Source: a virus
Direction: 5' to 3' (one strand)
Virus record (IMG/VR): IMGVR_UViG_3300029319_008461
Span: 1 to 64,000 of that record
Length of the DNA: 64,000 bases
Part shown: positions 46,008-56,360 of the stretch, one piece after another
Layout of the letters: each line of letters begins with the position of its first letter
Numbering within the stretch: the stretch's first letter is position 1
Notes under the pieces: model-generated
The model's database searches: none
Seen by the model: the letters and a program-made list of their open reading frames with translations, nothing else
Told to the model about the DNA's origin: nothing
Program-made: the position numbers and the translations under genes

Positions 46008-49000
46008 ATGAAGAATATAGTAAACCCAATACCGGAAATATTTGTAGACGCAATACCTCAGCCTGTACTTAGAGATCTGACAGAGCAAGAGACTATTGAT
46101 CTTAATCGTTATTCTACTGGTGACCGCACAGCAAAGTATGTCCCAGCGATAAAGATTAATAACGTCAATAAGATTATAACTGGTTGGAGTATAACTCCTG
46201 GACCTGGACAAGTCCTAAGAAACGGTAGTGGCTATGACTATGAAGATGAACGAAACAAGTTTATTATTGATATGATACATACCGCTTATCTTGGTGGGTA
46301 TGGTCATTTGAATATCGGACAGGAAATAGCTAAGGCCATTAGGAATGGAAGTTATGGGTTGAATGATGAGAATAGGTTCTTGCTCTTAAAAGATGCCATG
46401 GCTTATGCGGCACTTTATCCACAAAACGCCGCAGTTGCACTGTCGCCAACCGCTCCACCTAACCCTCAAAATCCTAGACTTAACGGCAAATCTTTTGCGC
46501 TTATTTTTGTTGGCGAGGAGGAGAAACAAAAAGTTCTCACGAGGATCACCACAGTATTAGGACAGCGAAATGCAACAAAGAATTCTGCATTTGATACGGT
46601 AACCACAGAACAAGCTCAAAAAGCCTCTAATCAAAATGATGTTAACAACCCTGATCCTTTTGCGCAACCTAAGAAAGCGACTTACACAGTTAAGTCTAAT
46701 GGAGAAACTTTTTCTACTATTGCCAATAAGTTTAAAATAGGCAGATTAGAATTACAACGAGTCAACCAAAATAAGAAAAGGCCACCACCTAATCAGAATC
46801 AAAATATTCTTGACGTTGATTTGAGCCCTGGTGATATAGTTGACTTGCCTTTTAATTCAATTAACGCAAGAGTTCCTAGCATAATTCCATCGCATTCGAG
46901 ACTTAGGATCAACGAGTTGCTAGAGGCAGCTACTAGGCCAACAGGTTCAATACCATCAGGACTTACAGTTATCAAGAAAGATTTATCGGAAGAAAAAAAG
47001 AAAGTTGACTCTCAAGTTGACTCATCCGATTGGACAGCCAATGTTCCTAGTGATACATCTCCAGAACAATCTCAAACGGATGTTTCATCTGATGTTGCTG
47101 TTAATATTACATCTTACAAAAGCAAAAATCTTCTTAAGAAAGTCTATTACAATCAAGCTGAAAAAAACTACTGGTGTGTGTTTAGAACTTTAGCGAAGAA
47201 TCCAAAATCTTTTGATATTGCTGGCGGCGAGGCGGCGATACAGAACATAAACAATTTTAAGTTTGACTTTGCTGTGCCCGAAATTTTAAAATTTGCTAGC
47301 AGAGATACCACTCAAAATCGTGCCGCTATTGATCCGTCTAAGGTTGAATTTCTTAGTAGGTATGGCAGTTTAAACAGGCCACAGCCTGTGCCGGCTGGAC
47401 AGAGCTTTTGGATAATAGCGGTAAAAATACCCGAGTCAGAAATTGAAAAATTAAATCCCCGAGGAGCTAAGTCTAGCACGGATGATATCCCATCCCCTCT
47501 TCAGAGGGCTAAAGATTTAGTGGCTGAAAAAGGAGTGCCGGGAAAACCGGGTCTGCGCCGAGCCCCTTTTAGTATGTCAGAACTTCAATCGACAATAGCC
47601 ACGGCTGCGATTGTTGTTGATAGGTATGCTGATGAACTTGACAAAGAGGGTATAACCCCCGGTATGATGACGCCCAGCACAAATGTTAGGATTAGGGCGG
47701 AGGACCTTAAAAGATTCTATAGCGTTGTTCAAAGATATGCTGAACGTACATTGGATACAGATATAACCATAAACGACAAAATAGAATTTGTTTTCGATTC
47801 AAAATATAAGTTAGTAAATGTTTTTTACAATGGTGCTCAATACGCTGGGTTAGCTGATCCAAAAACTGGACTTTACACGGCATTTGGAGCAGTTTCTAAA
47901 GGAACATTTGCGCTTGTTTTCTATGCAAACGAAATAGCAGCGTTATTCACAAAAGAGGACAAGCCCTCCGCCGTTGAATTTGTACAAAAATACATGTACC
48001 CAAGTCCGGTTATTAAGCCAACAGACATAAAGAACAAAAAAGAAGAGAACAAAAAGTCTAACAAAAACCCACCAGAAAATCAGAGTGCTGGCCTTGGAAA
48101 AAACACGTTTGAAACAAAACCAGAGAAAAAGAAAAAGACGAGCAAACCAAAAACAAAAGCAGAGGTAGAACGCCAGTTCCAGAGAAGATTTCAAGCGGGC
48201 GCAGACGCCTTTGGTTTCTATACCAGCGTTCTTAATAACGCAGGTTGTGAGACGCCGCTTGCAAAATATCTTAATGATGCTTTTTTAATATATCAACTTT
48301 TTGGCGGTAAAGCAAGTGTGTCACAAGTTGTAGGGGTTGTTGTAAAGCTTCTTAGAGATGAGTTTATTGAAATTAAAAAGAATGAGCAGTTATTGCTACA
48401 GGGTGCCGCTTACCTTGATGATCCTGATCGGTTTCTTAGAGACATAGAAGCAGAAGTAAATAGACAGTTTTTTGATTGCTTTAGGGTTTTGGGTGATGTC
48501 CTAGCCAAGGAAGTTTTAGAGCCTGGCGGTGTTCCTCCTGAAGTACAATCACTTGTTAAGCAAGGATTAACACCACCCTTCGGTATAAGTTTGGGCAAGA
48601 CGCCCACTGCCGATTTATGGGCCTTGTGGAGAAAAAAGTTATTAGACCTTATAATTGAGTTTATCAAGCAGCTAATATTACAAGCTTTCAAAGAATTACT
48701 CCTGGCTGTTTCGGGTTGTGGTCCGGAGACAGTGGTTGATCCGTCAAATATAACAAAGAACAGGAACCCTAATGTTAATTCACCTTATGGTATTATAAGG
48801 ATCAATGATCTGGTTGATTATGCCGGGGTTGATTTGATTGAAGTTGCTAAAGAGCTTAACATGCGAAACGTGCTGCCAAATGAGGACCGCACTGACATTA
48901 TTGAAACGCCAGTTACACTGGAGCAACTTAGACGACTAAATGATGATGCTTCAGATCTAATGGTTGATAATGATGTAGTAGCTATTTTACAGGGATCAGG

Positions 49001-52000
49001 AGGACAGGCGTTAATAGATTCTTTGTTCCGAGGTTTTAACCTGGGGTCCATTAATTTAAACGAACTTTCAGCGGCTGACCAAAGAAAAATTCAGGGCGAA
49101 GAATATAATGATACGGTCAGCAGAGCGTTATTAAATACTGTCCAAGAATCCCTGTATCCTGGGGATGTCAGATATGCCACTTTGGACCTTGATAAAGAAC
49201 TAATAGTTTTATACTTTAAAAGGCTTGGACAATTAGTAGGATCAGACATTGCTCTTGGGTTAGAGAAGCCGCTAGACACGAAGGAGGCATACTGTGATAG
49301 TCGTGACCTCCTGGCTTATGGTCTTGGGTCTGGGCTTGAAGTTGGACTTGAGGAATTGGCCGACATTGGAGACAGTGGTGTTGTTGCAGGAGGGTTATCT
49401 AAAGCACAATTAGCATCTCAGATAGGTCAGGAGATTGATCGCAACGCATTTAAGATAGAGCTTTTGTGTGAGTTGGCATCAAAGAATTTTGATTTTGCTC
49501 TAGAGATACAAAATTTTTGGGACACCTTAGGATTTGCCGAGTGGTTCATGGAACTTTTACGCCTCCTAAGCTTCGCATCTCAACAAGCTCAGGGTGTAGG
49601 AGCAAAAGCGATAGCTGATGGTATGAGAGCCAGGGGGGATCGATTTATTGAGCAACAATCGGTTGAGTTATCCCCAGCCGAACTATCAGAACTAAAAACC
49701 AAATCCTCTCAGATATATCGATATTATCAACATTATTTTGGAGACATAGATACCGAGGCTGATGAAATAAGCGGAAACCCCCAGTTAAACAGTCGTCAAA
49801 TACTTCCGCCCGAAACTCTTAAGTTTGTGTATGAACCAGTTGCTGGTCTCGGCGACGATCGTCCTCATTATGTTATAGGTTCTCTTGACACATCCATAGG
49901 TAAGGAGGCCACTCCAAGAAATGACAGATCATTCGGTAGATTACAATTAGATTATTTAAATGATGATGGTCTGGTTCGAGTTTATTTTAACGATAACGAA
50001 CGTGCGATTATTGGCAACGAATTAGGATATAGAGAGACTCCCTTTGAACTTCTGTGTGAGTTTGGTCTTGTAGATGACAATACTCCTAATGGCGAAGGAG
50101 AGTTTTCTGTTAAGCGAGCTATAGTCAGAAGTAGGCAGCCAATAATAAGACAAGGGCGTCCAGATGATTTTGCTAATATTATTAACGATTTCCATAAAAA
50201 AGTTATGAACGTTAGTTTTGGTTCTCAGTTAAACTTAGATGGCACCACAAGCTTTGGTGGTGGAGAGAATACAGAAACAGTAAGAAACGCTGTGGCCGAA
50301 AATGTTTTTGTCGGGACAGGAGTTGATGGAACCGCTTTATTACAGGTAGCCACGCCTTATCTCAATAGCTTATATAACGTAACGCAAATGGTGTCAACAA
50401 ACTTATATTCTAACGATCAGTTTAAAAGCAGGGTTGATGAGACTGTCATATTAGCGTCAAAACTACCTTTTGGGCCTAATGGAGACCCTTGTAATTTAGG
50501 TGCGGATGAGCAAAATGCAATCATTACCATTAATGCAATTCATCAAAGAATATTTAACTTTATACTAAATGTAGCCCCACTTTTTAACAACGGGTATGGA
50601 CTAGAGACCCCTGATACTTTAAATATGTTGTCCTCATATTTGGAAAATAAAATTATAAGAGATTTTGAACAGAGAAAGATTCTTGGCTTCGTTATTGAAG
50701 GGGTTTCATTTATATCAAGAACCTGTTCAACAACAGAGATAGAAGACGGTATAGAATTTAATCCAGCATTGATATCTGATCCCCAAGAGAAACTAAGATA
50801 TATCATTAAGCAAATGCTTAAGAAGACGCTTTTTAATCTTTCAACATTGGGAGCACCTGATATATCAGAATTTTCAGGCTGGGGTGCCATGACAAGAAAT
50901 ATGTTTGATGACATCAATGGTGTTGATGGCGGAGAAATAAAAAATCAACAGGGAACGGTAGTCCTTAATAAAAAGACAACCTACAAAATGTTGGCAAACC
51001 TACTCTATACCGGGAGGGGTTATGGTCCATTAGGTGATCTAGACGCTGAAGGGCTTTCTGCGGGTGCTCAAAACAATGCTACTCGAACTTATGATTTTGG
51101 TGGCAACGTAGCATACCTTGGACAAGCTCGCCAATCTCTTGCAAACTATGGCTTTGTCGCAACAGTGGATGGTTTTAAAGACAATCAATTTCTTGGACTT
51201 ATTCCAATGCCATTGTTAGTTGGATTACAATATATTTACTTTGATAAAGTTGTGGCCATTAACGATCAATTCCCGCAGATGGCGTATTATGCGAAGAAAA
51301 GAATAGACTCAGCAGATGAAGCGCTGAGAACCGCTATAGATCCAGCATCATCACAATCTTACAGTTTCGCACTGTCAACGCCTCAACAACCTAAGACGCT
51401 TGACGAGAGCAAACAAGACGACGCCGACCTAGAAGCAGATTTGCGTGGAGCTTTGCAACAAGAGCGGGATTTGATTGAAAATCTTAACGTCGCTGCTGAG
51501 GATGCCATACAAGAACAAACGCCTGGCGCTCCGGGACGAAATGACCAAGGTGAGGAACTAGCTAGACGATTACAAGATGCCCCACCTGGAAACGCTCAAC
51601 AACCCGCTGGACAAAGCACAAGAGATATGCAACAAGAGCAAGAAGCAGAGGGCATATCACAAAGTGAACGTGAACGCCGTGCGGCTGAAAGACGAGAGCA
51701 AGTTCGCCGGGAAGGAACACAAGGACAGCAACGACAATTACAATCACCAACACCACCAGTACAGCAACAGCAACAAAATGATGGGTCGTTCCCCGCCCAA
51801 GTTGGACCATTTACATACGCTAATGCAGATGAGGTTAGAACCCGCAAAGCCAAGTATAACGCTTTACTTGTGCGTGTAAACAGGATAAGAGATTATAAGA
51901 CTGCACTTGAGACTCGACTTAGAAGGTGCGCTGGACAGCTTCAGGTTGCTGAAAGGATATGGGAAGACGATGGCATTTTTAGAGGTTACGATGATCTTAC

Positions 52001-52613
52001 CCCGTCTGGACGGAATGACTGGACGATGAGAAAATCATTAAACGTTATCCTTAACAAGATCAATGAAGCATCGTCGTTGGATATAACTTATTTTGGAAGG
52101 ACAGGAGCCGGTGGCGGTGGTGGTCACCGAGCATATAACCCCACGAGAGATTGTCTTGTCAGAGGCAAGGATATTATTAGGCAAACAGATTTTGATACCG
52201 CAGCGGCTCTTCACCCTCGTCTTCCACTTACAAGAGCACAAGCGTTTGCAACTAGGCCAGGATTACAAGATTACAAAAATTTAATGGACGAAGGTTTTAG
52301 AGGGGGAGATGCTGGTATGCGAGACAGGTTTGAGAAAACAGAATTTTACACACGGCTAATTAATGCCATGGAAGAATTCCAAGGGTTTTCGGTACGCCCT
52401 CGTCCTGAAGCCAATGCTGATTATTCACCATTAAATCGTGCCACTCAGGCGTCCAGAGGAAATAATTTTATAAGCATACTTGCGATGATCACAAAAGAAA
52501 TAGCGGATCTTAAAGAAAGTAATCTGATAACAGATTTAAGGCTTGAGAAATGGGGCGCTGAAGAAAGAAATGATGTTGGGCGCATAATTAGAGAACTGAA
52601 CAGGCTTTTATGA
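46008..52613 (+). CDS. giant (2201 aa) putative virion/baseplate protein with a LysM domain
   Basis: YTVKSNGETFSTIANKF...LQRVN...L.PGD...LP LysM; lies between the spike and gp25 genes; Gln-rich segment near the C-terminus. Confidence 0.75.
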   Translation: MKNIVNPIPEIFVDAIPQPVLRDLTEQETIDLNRYSTGDRTAKYVPAIKINNVNKIITGWSITPGPGQVLRNGSGYDYEDERNKFIIDMIHTAYLGGYGHLNIGQEIAKAIRNGSYGLNDENRFLLLKDAMAYAALYPQNAAVALSPTAPPNPQNPRLNGKSFALIFVGEEEKQKVLTRITTVLGQRNATKNSAFDTVTTEQAQKASNQNDVNNPDPFAQPKKATYTVKSNGETFSTIANKFKIGRLELQRVNQNKKRPPPNQNQNILDVDLSPGDIVDLPFNSINARVPSIIPSHSRLRINELLEAATRPTGSIPSGLTVIKKDLSEEKKKVDSQVDSSDWTANVPSDTSPEQSQTDVSSDVAVNITSYKSKNLLKKVYYNQAEKNYWCVFRTLAKNPKSFDIAGGEAAIQNINNFKFDFAVPEILKFASRDTTQNRAAIDPSKVEFLSRYGSLNRPQPVPAGQSFWIIAVKIPESEIEKLNPRGAKSSTDDIPSPLQRAKDLVAEKGVPGKPGLRRAPFSMSELQSTIATAAIVVDRYADELDKEGITPGMMTPSTNVRIRAEDLKRFYSVVQRYAERTLDTDITINDKIEFVFDSKYKLVNVFYNGAQYAGLADPKTGLYTAFGAVSKGTFALVFYANEIAALFTKEDKPSAVEFVQKYMYPSPVIKPTDIKNKKEENKKSNKNPPENQSAGLGKNTFETKPEKKKKTSKPKTKAEVERQFQRRFQAGADAFGFYTSVLNNAGCETPLAKYLNDAFLIYQLFGGKASVSQVVGVVVKLLRDEFIEIKKNEQLLLQGAAYLDDPDRFLRDIEAEVNRQFFDCFRVLGDVLAKEVLEPGGVPPEVQSLVKQGLTPPFGISLGKTPTADLWALWRKKLLDLIIEFIKQLILQAFKELLLAVSGCGPETVVDPSNITKNRNPNVNSPYGIIRINDLVDYAGVDLIEVAKELNMRNVLPNEDRTDIIETPVTLEQLRRLNDDASDLMVDNDVVAILQGSGGQALIDSLFRGFNLGSINLNELSAADQRKIQGEEYNDTVSRALLNTVQESLYPGDVRYATLDLDKELIVLYFKRLGQLVGSDIALGLEKPLDTKEAYCDSRDLLAYGLGSGLEVGLEELADIGDSGVVAGGLSKAQLASQIGQEIDRNAFKIELLCELASKNFDFALEIQNFWDTLGFAEWFMELLRLLSFASQQAQGVGAKAIADGMRARGDRFIEQQSVELSPAELSELKTKSSQIYRYYQHYFGDIDTEADEISGNPQLNSRQILPPETLKFVYEPVAGLGDDRPHYVIGSLDTSIGKEATPRNDRSFGRLQLDYLNDDGLVRVYFNDNERAIIGNELGYRETPFELLCEFGLVDDNTPNGEGEFSVKRAIVRSRQPIIRQGRPDDFANIINDFHKKVMNVSFGSQLNLDGTTSFGGGENTETVRNAVAENVFVGTGVDGTALLQVATPYLNSLYNVTQMVSTNLYSNDQFKSRVDETVILASKLPFGPNGDPCNLGADEQNAIITINAIHQRIFNFILNVAPLFNNGYGLETPDTLNMLSSYLENKIIRDFEQRKILGFVIEGVSFISRTCSTTEIEDGIEFNPALISDPQEKLRYIIKQMLKKTLFNLSTLGAPDISEFSGWGAMTRNMFDDINGVDGGEIKNQQGTVVLNKKTTYKMLANLLYTGRGYGPLGDLDAEGLSAGAQNNATRTYDFGGNVAYLGQARQSLANYGFVATVDGFKDNQFLGLIPMPLLVGLQYIYFDKVVAINDQFPQMAYYAKKRIDSADEALRTAIDPASSQSYSFALSTPQQPKTLDESKQDDADLEADLRGALQQERDLIENLNVAAEDAIQEQTPGAPGRNDQGEELARRLQDAPPGNAQQPAGQSTRDMQQEQEAEGISQSERERRAAERREQVRREGTQGQQRQLQSPTPPVQQQQQNDGSFPAQVGPFTYANADEVRTRKAKYNALLVRVNRIRDYKTALETRLRRCAGQLQVAERIWEDDGIFRGYDDLTPSGRNDWTMRKSLNVILNKINEASSLDITYFGRTGAGGGGGHRAYNPTRDCLVRGKDIIRQTDFDTAAALHPRLPLTRAQAFATRPGLQDYKNLMDEGFRGGDAGMRDRFEKTEFYTRLINAMEEFQGFSVRPRPEANADYSPLNRATQASRGNNFISILAMITKEIADLKESNLITDLRLEKWGAEERNDVGRIIRELNRLL

Positions 52614-52629
52614 TAAAGGGGAAAAATAA

Positions 52630-53034
52630 ATGGCGAACAAATTAGAAGGTATATCTGTTTCTCTTCCATTAACTTATGATAATGTTGATGGGCCTTACGA
52701 GCTTAACAAAACTTTAAAAGATGTAGTCAAGCAAAATTTAAAAAATTTAGTGTTGACATCACCAGGAGAAAGAGTTATGTTGCCAGACTTTGGTGCCGGT
52801 ATTCGTCGTTTGCTTTTTGAGCCGAATACAGGGCAGGTTTTTTCGACGGCCAAAGACAGAATAACTGCTCAAGTAACAAGGTATATGCCCTTTGTGCAGC
52901 TTGAAGATTTGGTAATTTTAACATCAGATCAGGACGCCAGTTTGTCTCCTAACGCAGCCAGGTTAATTTTGAAGTACAACATAGGTGCGATTAATGAGAG
53001 CGATACCTTGATAATAACTCAGAACCAGAACTAA
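52630..53034 (+). CDS. baseplate wedge subunit gp25-like
   Basis: KQNLKNLVLT.PGERVM.PDFG.GI..LLFE signature. Confidence 0.9.
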   Translation: MANKLEGISVSLPLTYDNVDGPYELNKTLKDVVKQNLKNLVLTSPGERVMLPDFGAGIRRLLFEPNTGQVFSTAKDRITAQVTRYMPFVQLEDLVILTSDQDASLSPNAARLILKYNIGAINESDTLIITQNQN

Positions 53035-53037
53035 TTA
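53031..53037 (+). promoter_or_regulatory. CTAnTTA motif, putative late promoter
   Basis: CTAATTA overlaps the gp25 stop codon upstream of the gp6-like gene. Confidence 0.4.
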
Positions 53038-53058
53038 CTGAAGCTTAGAGGTTTAGTG

Positions 53059-54852
53059 ATGCCAAAACGCCCAATAAATTATACAAGCAGAGAATTTGAG
53101 ACAATCAAAGAATCTCTTGTAAATTATGCAAAACGTTATTATGCGAATACATTTCAAGATTTCAACGAGGCGTCCTTTGGCGCACTGATGTTAGATTTGG
53201 TGGCCTACGTTGGTGATCAATTATCTTTTTACACAGATTACCAAGCAAACGAAAGCTTTCTAGACACAGCTATAGAATTGTCTAATGTTCAGAGACTAGC
53301 AAAGCAACTGGGTTATAAAATGCCTGGGTCCCCAACTTCTACAGGTGTTTGTAACTTTTATGTTCTTGTTCCGGCAGCAGCCACAACAGGCGGTCCCGAC
53401 ACAAACTACATTCCAATTTTAAAAACAGGAGCTATAGTTAGTGCTGATGGAGGCGGGGTATTTACTTTAACTCAGGATATAGATTTTACTGATAGCAATA
53501 ACGCTATAACAGTTGCGAAAGTTGACTCAGATACTGGTGTACCAACCGAGTTTGCCATCAAGGGTCAAGGTCAAGTTGTCTCCGGTAGACTACGAGAAGA
53601 GGAAATAACTGTTGGAAGCTATCAAAGATTCCTGAGATTGAGAATGTCGGCTGATAATGTTTCAGAAATTATATCAGTCGTGGATTCTCAAGGTAATGAA
53701 TATCATCAGGTAGACTACCTTACTCAAGATATTGTATTGTCAAAAGAGCCTAACCGAGGAACGAATAGAGATCTTGTTCCATTTATAATGAAAACCAAAC
53801 CATGTCCAAGAAGGTTCGTAACAGAATTTGATAGCGAAGGAAATGCTTTCTTACAGTTTGGGTATGGTTCAGCGGACAATATTACTGGTGACTTGATAGC
53901 GAGCCCGGCCGATGTTGTTCTAGATGTTGTCGGGAGAGAGTATGTATCCGACACTACATTTGACCCCAGTAATTTAATAAAGTCGGATAAGTTTGGGGTT
54001 GTACCTGAGGACACAACACTGACGGTAACTTATAGAACAAATGAAAACACAACAATAAACGCCGCCGCAAGCTCAGTGAATGAAGTGCTCTTATCATCCT
54101 TTACGTTTACTAATCGAGACATCTTGACTGACACGTTAGCTCTTGGGGTCGAGGGGTCACTAGAGGTAGAAAATCCTGAACCAATACTTGGGGACACCGA
54201 AGAACTCACGGCGGACGAAGTTAGAATTAGAGCGTATGCAACGTATGCCTCACAGAACAGAGCCGTTACTAGAGAGGATTATATAAGTATATGTTACCGT
54301 ATGCCAGCAGGATTCGGAAAAGTAAAGCGTGTTAACATAATACAGGACCCTAGATCAACCACAAGAAATCTAAACCTTTATGTTTTGTCTGAGGATTCTA
54401 ATGGTAATTTTACAGCACCAACAAGTCAACTAAAAACAAATTTAAAAACCTGGATTGATCGTTATAGAATGATTAATGATAGTGTTGATATATTAGACGG
54501 AAAAGTTATAAACTATGGTATACAGTTCGAGGTGGTAGCTGAAACTGGAACTAATCGTTTTGAGGTTCTAAACGCCTGTGTAAATAAGTTACAAGAGAAA
54601 GTTTTAAACGTCTCTAAAGAACTCGGCGAGCCTGTGTATATCTCTGAGTTGTTTAAGATGCTGAACAGTGTGCCAGGAGTTGTTGATACAACCGTTGTAA
54701 AGTTGATTAATAAAACTGGCGGATCTTACAGTTCTTTTAATTATGAGATTGATAAAAACCTATCTCAAGATGGAAGGTTTCTTATAGTCCCCCCTGATGC
54801 AGTGGCGGATGTGTTGTTTCCTAACGACGATATAGTTGGAGTTGTTAAGTAA
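53059..54852 (+). CDS. baseplate wedge protein gp6/baseplate J-like
   Basis: NYTSREF..IK..L, DFNEAS.G.LMLD..AY, NESFLDTA and QNRAVT.EDY motifs. Confidence 0.9.
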   Translation: MPKRPINYTSREFETIKESLVNYAKRYYANTFQDFNEASFGALMLDLVAYVGDQLSFYTDYQANESFLDTAIELSNVQRLAKQLGYKMPGSPTSTGVCNFYVLVPAAATTGGPDTNYIPILKTGAIVSADGGGVFTLTQDIDFTDSNNAITVAKVDSDTGVPTEFAIKGQGQVVSGRLREEEITVGSYQRFLRLRMSADNVSEIISVVDSQGNEYHQVDYLTQDIVLSKEPNRGTNRDLVPFIMKTKPCPRRFVTEFDSEGNAFLQFGYGSADNITGDLIASPADVVLDVVGREYVSDTTFDPSNLIKSDKFGVVPEDTTLTVTYRTNENTTINAAASSVNEVLLSSFTFTNRDILTDTLALGVEGSLEVENPEPILGDTEELTADEVRIRAYATYASQNRAVTREDYISICYRMPAGFGKVKRVNIIQDPRSTTRNLNLYVLSEDSNGNFTAPTSQLKTNLKTWIDRYRMINDSVDILDGKVINYGIQFEVVAETGTNRFEVLNACVNKLQEKVLNVSKELGEPVYISELFKMLNSVPGVVDTTVVKLINKTGGSYSSFNYEIDKNLSQDGRFLIVPPDAVADVLFPNDDIVGVVK

Positions 54853-56360
54853 TGGCTATTAAGAGATACTTTGCGTCGCAAGACAATACCATAACAAATG
54901 CCTTCAAGGCCAATCTTAGGACTAGAGGCACAGGGTCAAATATGGGAGCATCTGATATTCTGGAGGCGTTTGTCATCCATGGGCAAACAACTGCGTCCAT
55001 AGATGCTGCAAACGCCGAACAAGCTAGAATACTAATACAGTTTCCTGTGGATTCAATTGTTTCTGATGTTACAAATGGCGTGGTGCCATCCTCTAGTGTT
55101 GAGTATAGGTTAAAAATGTTTAATGCACCACACGGTGATTCATTACCGTATGAGTATCCACTTAAGGTAGCCGTTGTCAGTGGTAACTTCTGGAGTGAAG
55201 GTCGTGGGTTAGACATGAACGAATACACTGACTTTGGTGTATGTAATTGGATTTCTAGCTCCGAGGGAATAGCTTGGGAACATCAGGGCGGCGATTTTTA
55301 TAACAGTGCAAGCAGTGGAGATAGGGCTTATTCCTCAAGTTATTATTTCTCTGGGGGACTTGAAGATCTTGATGTTGATGTGAGTTTTGCCATAGATCTG
55401 TGGCGATCTGACGGTATTGGTACAGCGTCGAATTTTGGGTTTATGATAAAGCACGACGACGATATAATTTCAGGAACATCGGGATCGTTTTTCACCAAGA
55501 AGTTTTTTGGTAGAACAAGCGAATATTTCTTGAAGAGGCCTTACATCGAGGCAAGGTGGGACGATTCTAGAAAGGATCAAAGAGGTCTTAGTTTCATATC
55601 AAGTGCTCTTGCACCGCCTTCTGACAACTTGAATACAGTTTATCTCTATAATAGAATTCGAGGAACCCTAAAGGACATACCTAGCCTGGTCGGGACAGAT
55701 CAAATAATATATGTTAGTTTCTTTAGTGGAAGCAATGATGACATACCAACAGGCCATCGTCTGCATGTTTTAGATGCGGCTGGACTAGTACAACAGGAAA
55801 TAACTGGTGGAATTGTTGTTGAGAATGGTGTTGCCCAAACGGGGATTTACAGTTGTTCTTTTGCAATAACAAGCTCTTTGGATACGGTTCACGATGTTTG
55901 GCATTCTGGTAGTATAGAATATTTTACTGGTTCGATTAACCTAGAGGGACTAACAGCGAGTTTTGTTCAGTATGAAACGCAACATATAAGCGACATAACA
56001 AATCTCAAGAAGTCTTATGTCCAAGGACAAAAACCAGTTCTTAGAGTTTATGCAAGAGAGAAAAACTGGAATCCAAATGTGTACAGTGTGGCCGCATCAG
56101 AGCCCCCAACTCAAATTATCGAGAATGCTTATTGGAGATTGTTCAGGGTAGTTGACAATATGGATGTCGTACCTTATGGTACGGGCTCCACTAATCACAC
56201 TAAAATGTCTTATGATGTTAGTGGTAACTATTTTGAAATTGATACCTCGATATTAGATCAGGGCTATGCTTATGGGTTACAGTTTGTTTATCTGCTGAAT
56301 GGAAACTATGTAGAACAACCAGAGATATTTAAGTTCAAGGTTGATGAAGAGCCCGCATGA
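54852..56360 (+). CDS. baseplate-associated virion protein
   Basis: A..DNTI, RILIQF, W.EG.G, NW...W...GGD, N.GF.IK and P.IE.RWDD motifs (DNRLRE-like carbohydrate-binding fold); position in the baseplate block. Confidence 0.7.
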   Translation: MAIKRYFASQDNTITNAFKANLRTRGTGSNMGASDILEAFVIHGQTTASIDAANAEQARILIQFPVDSIVSDVTNGVVPSSSVEYRLKMFNAPHGDSLPYEYPLKVAVVSGNFWSEGRGLDMNEYTDFGVCNWISSSEGIAWEHQGGDFYNSASSGDRAYSSSYYFSGGLEDLDVDVSFAIDLWRSDGIGTASNFGFMIKHDDDIISGTSGSFFTKKFFGRTSEYFLKRPYIEARWDDSRKDQRGLSFISSALAPPSDNLNTVYLYNRIRGTLKDIPSLVGTDQIIYVSFFSGSNDDIPTGHRLHVLDAAGLVQQEITGGIVVENGVAQTGIYSCSFAITSSLDTVHDVWHSGSIEYFTGSINLEGLTASFVQYETQHISDITNLKKSYVQGQKPVLRVYAREKNWNPNVYSVAASEPPTQIIENAYWRLFRVVDNMDVVPYGTGSTNHTKMSYDVSGNYFEIDTSILDQGYAYGLQFVYLLNGNYVEQPEIFKFKVDEEPA

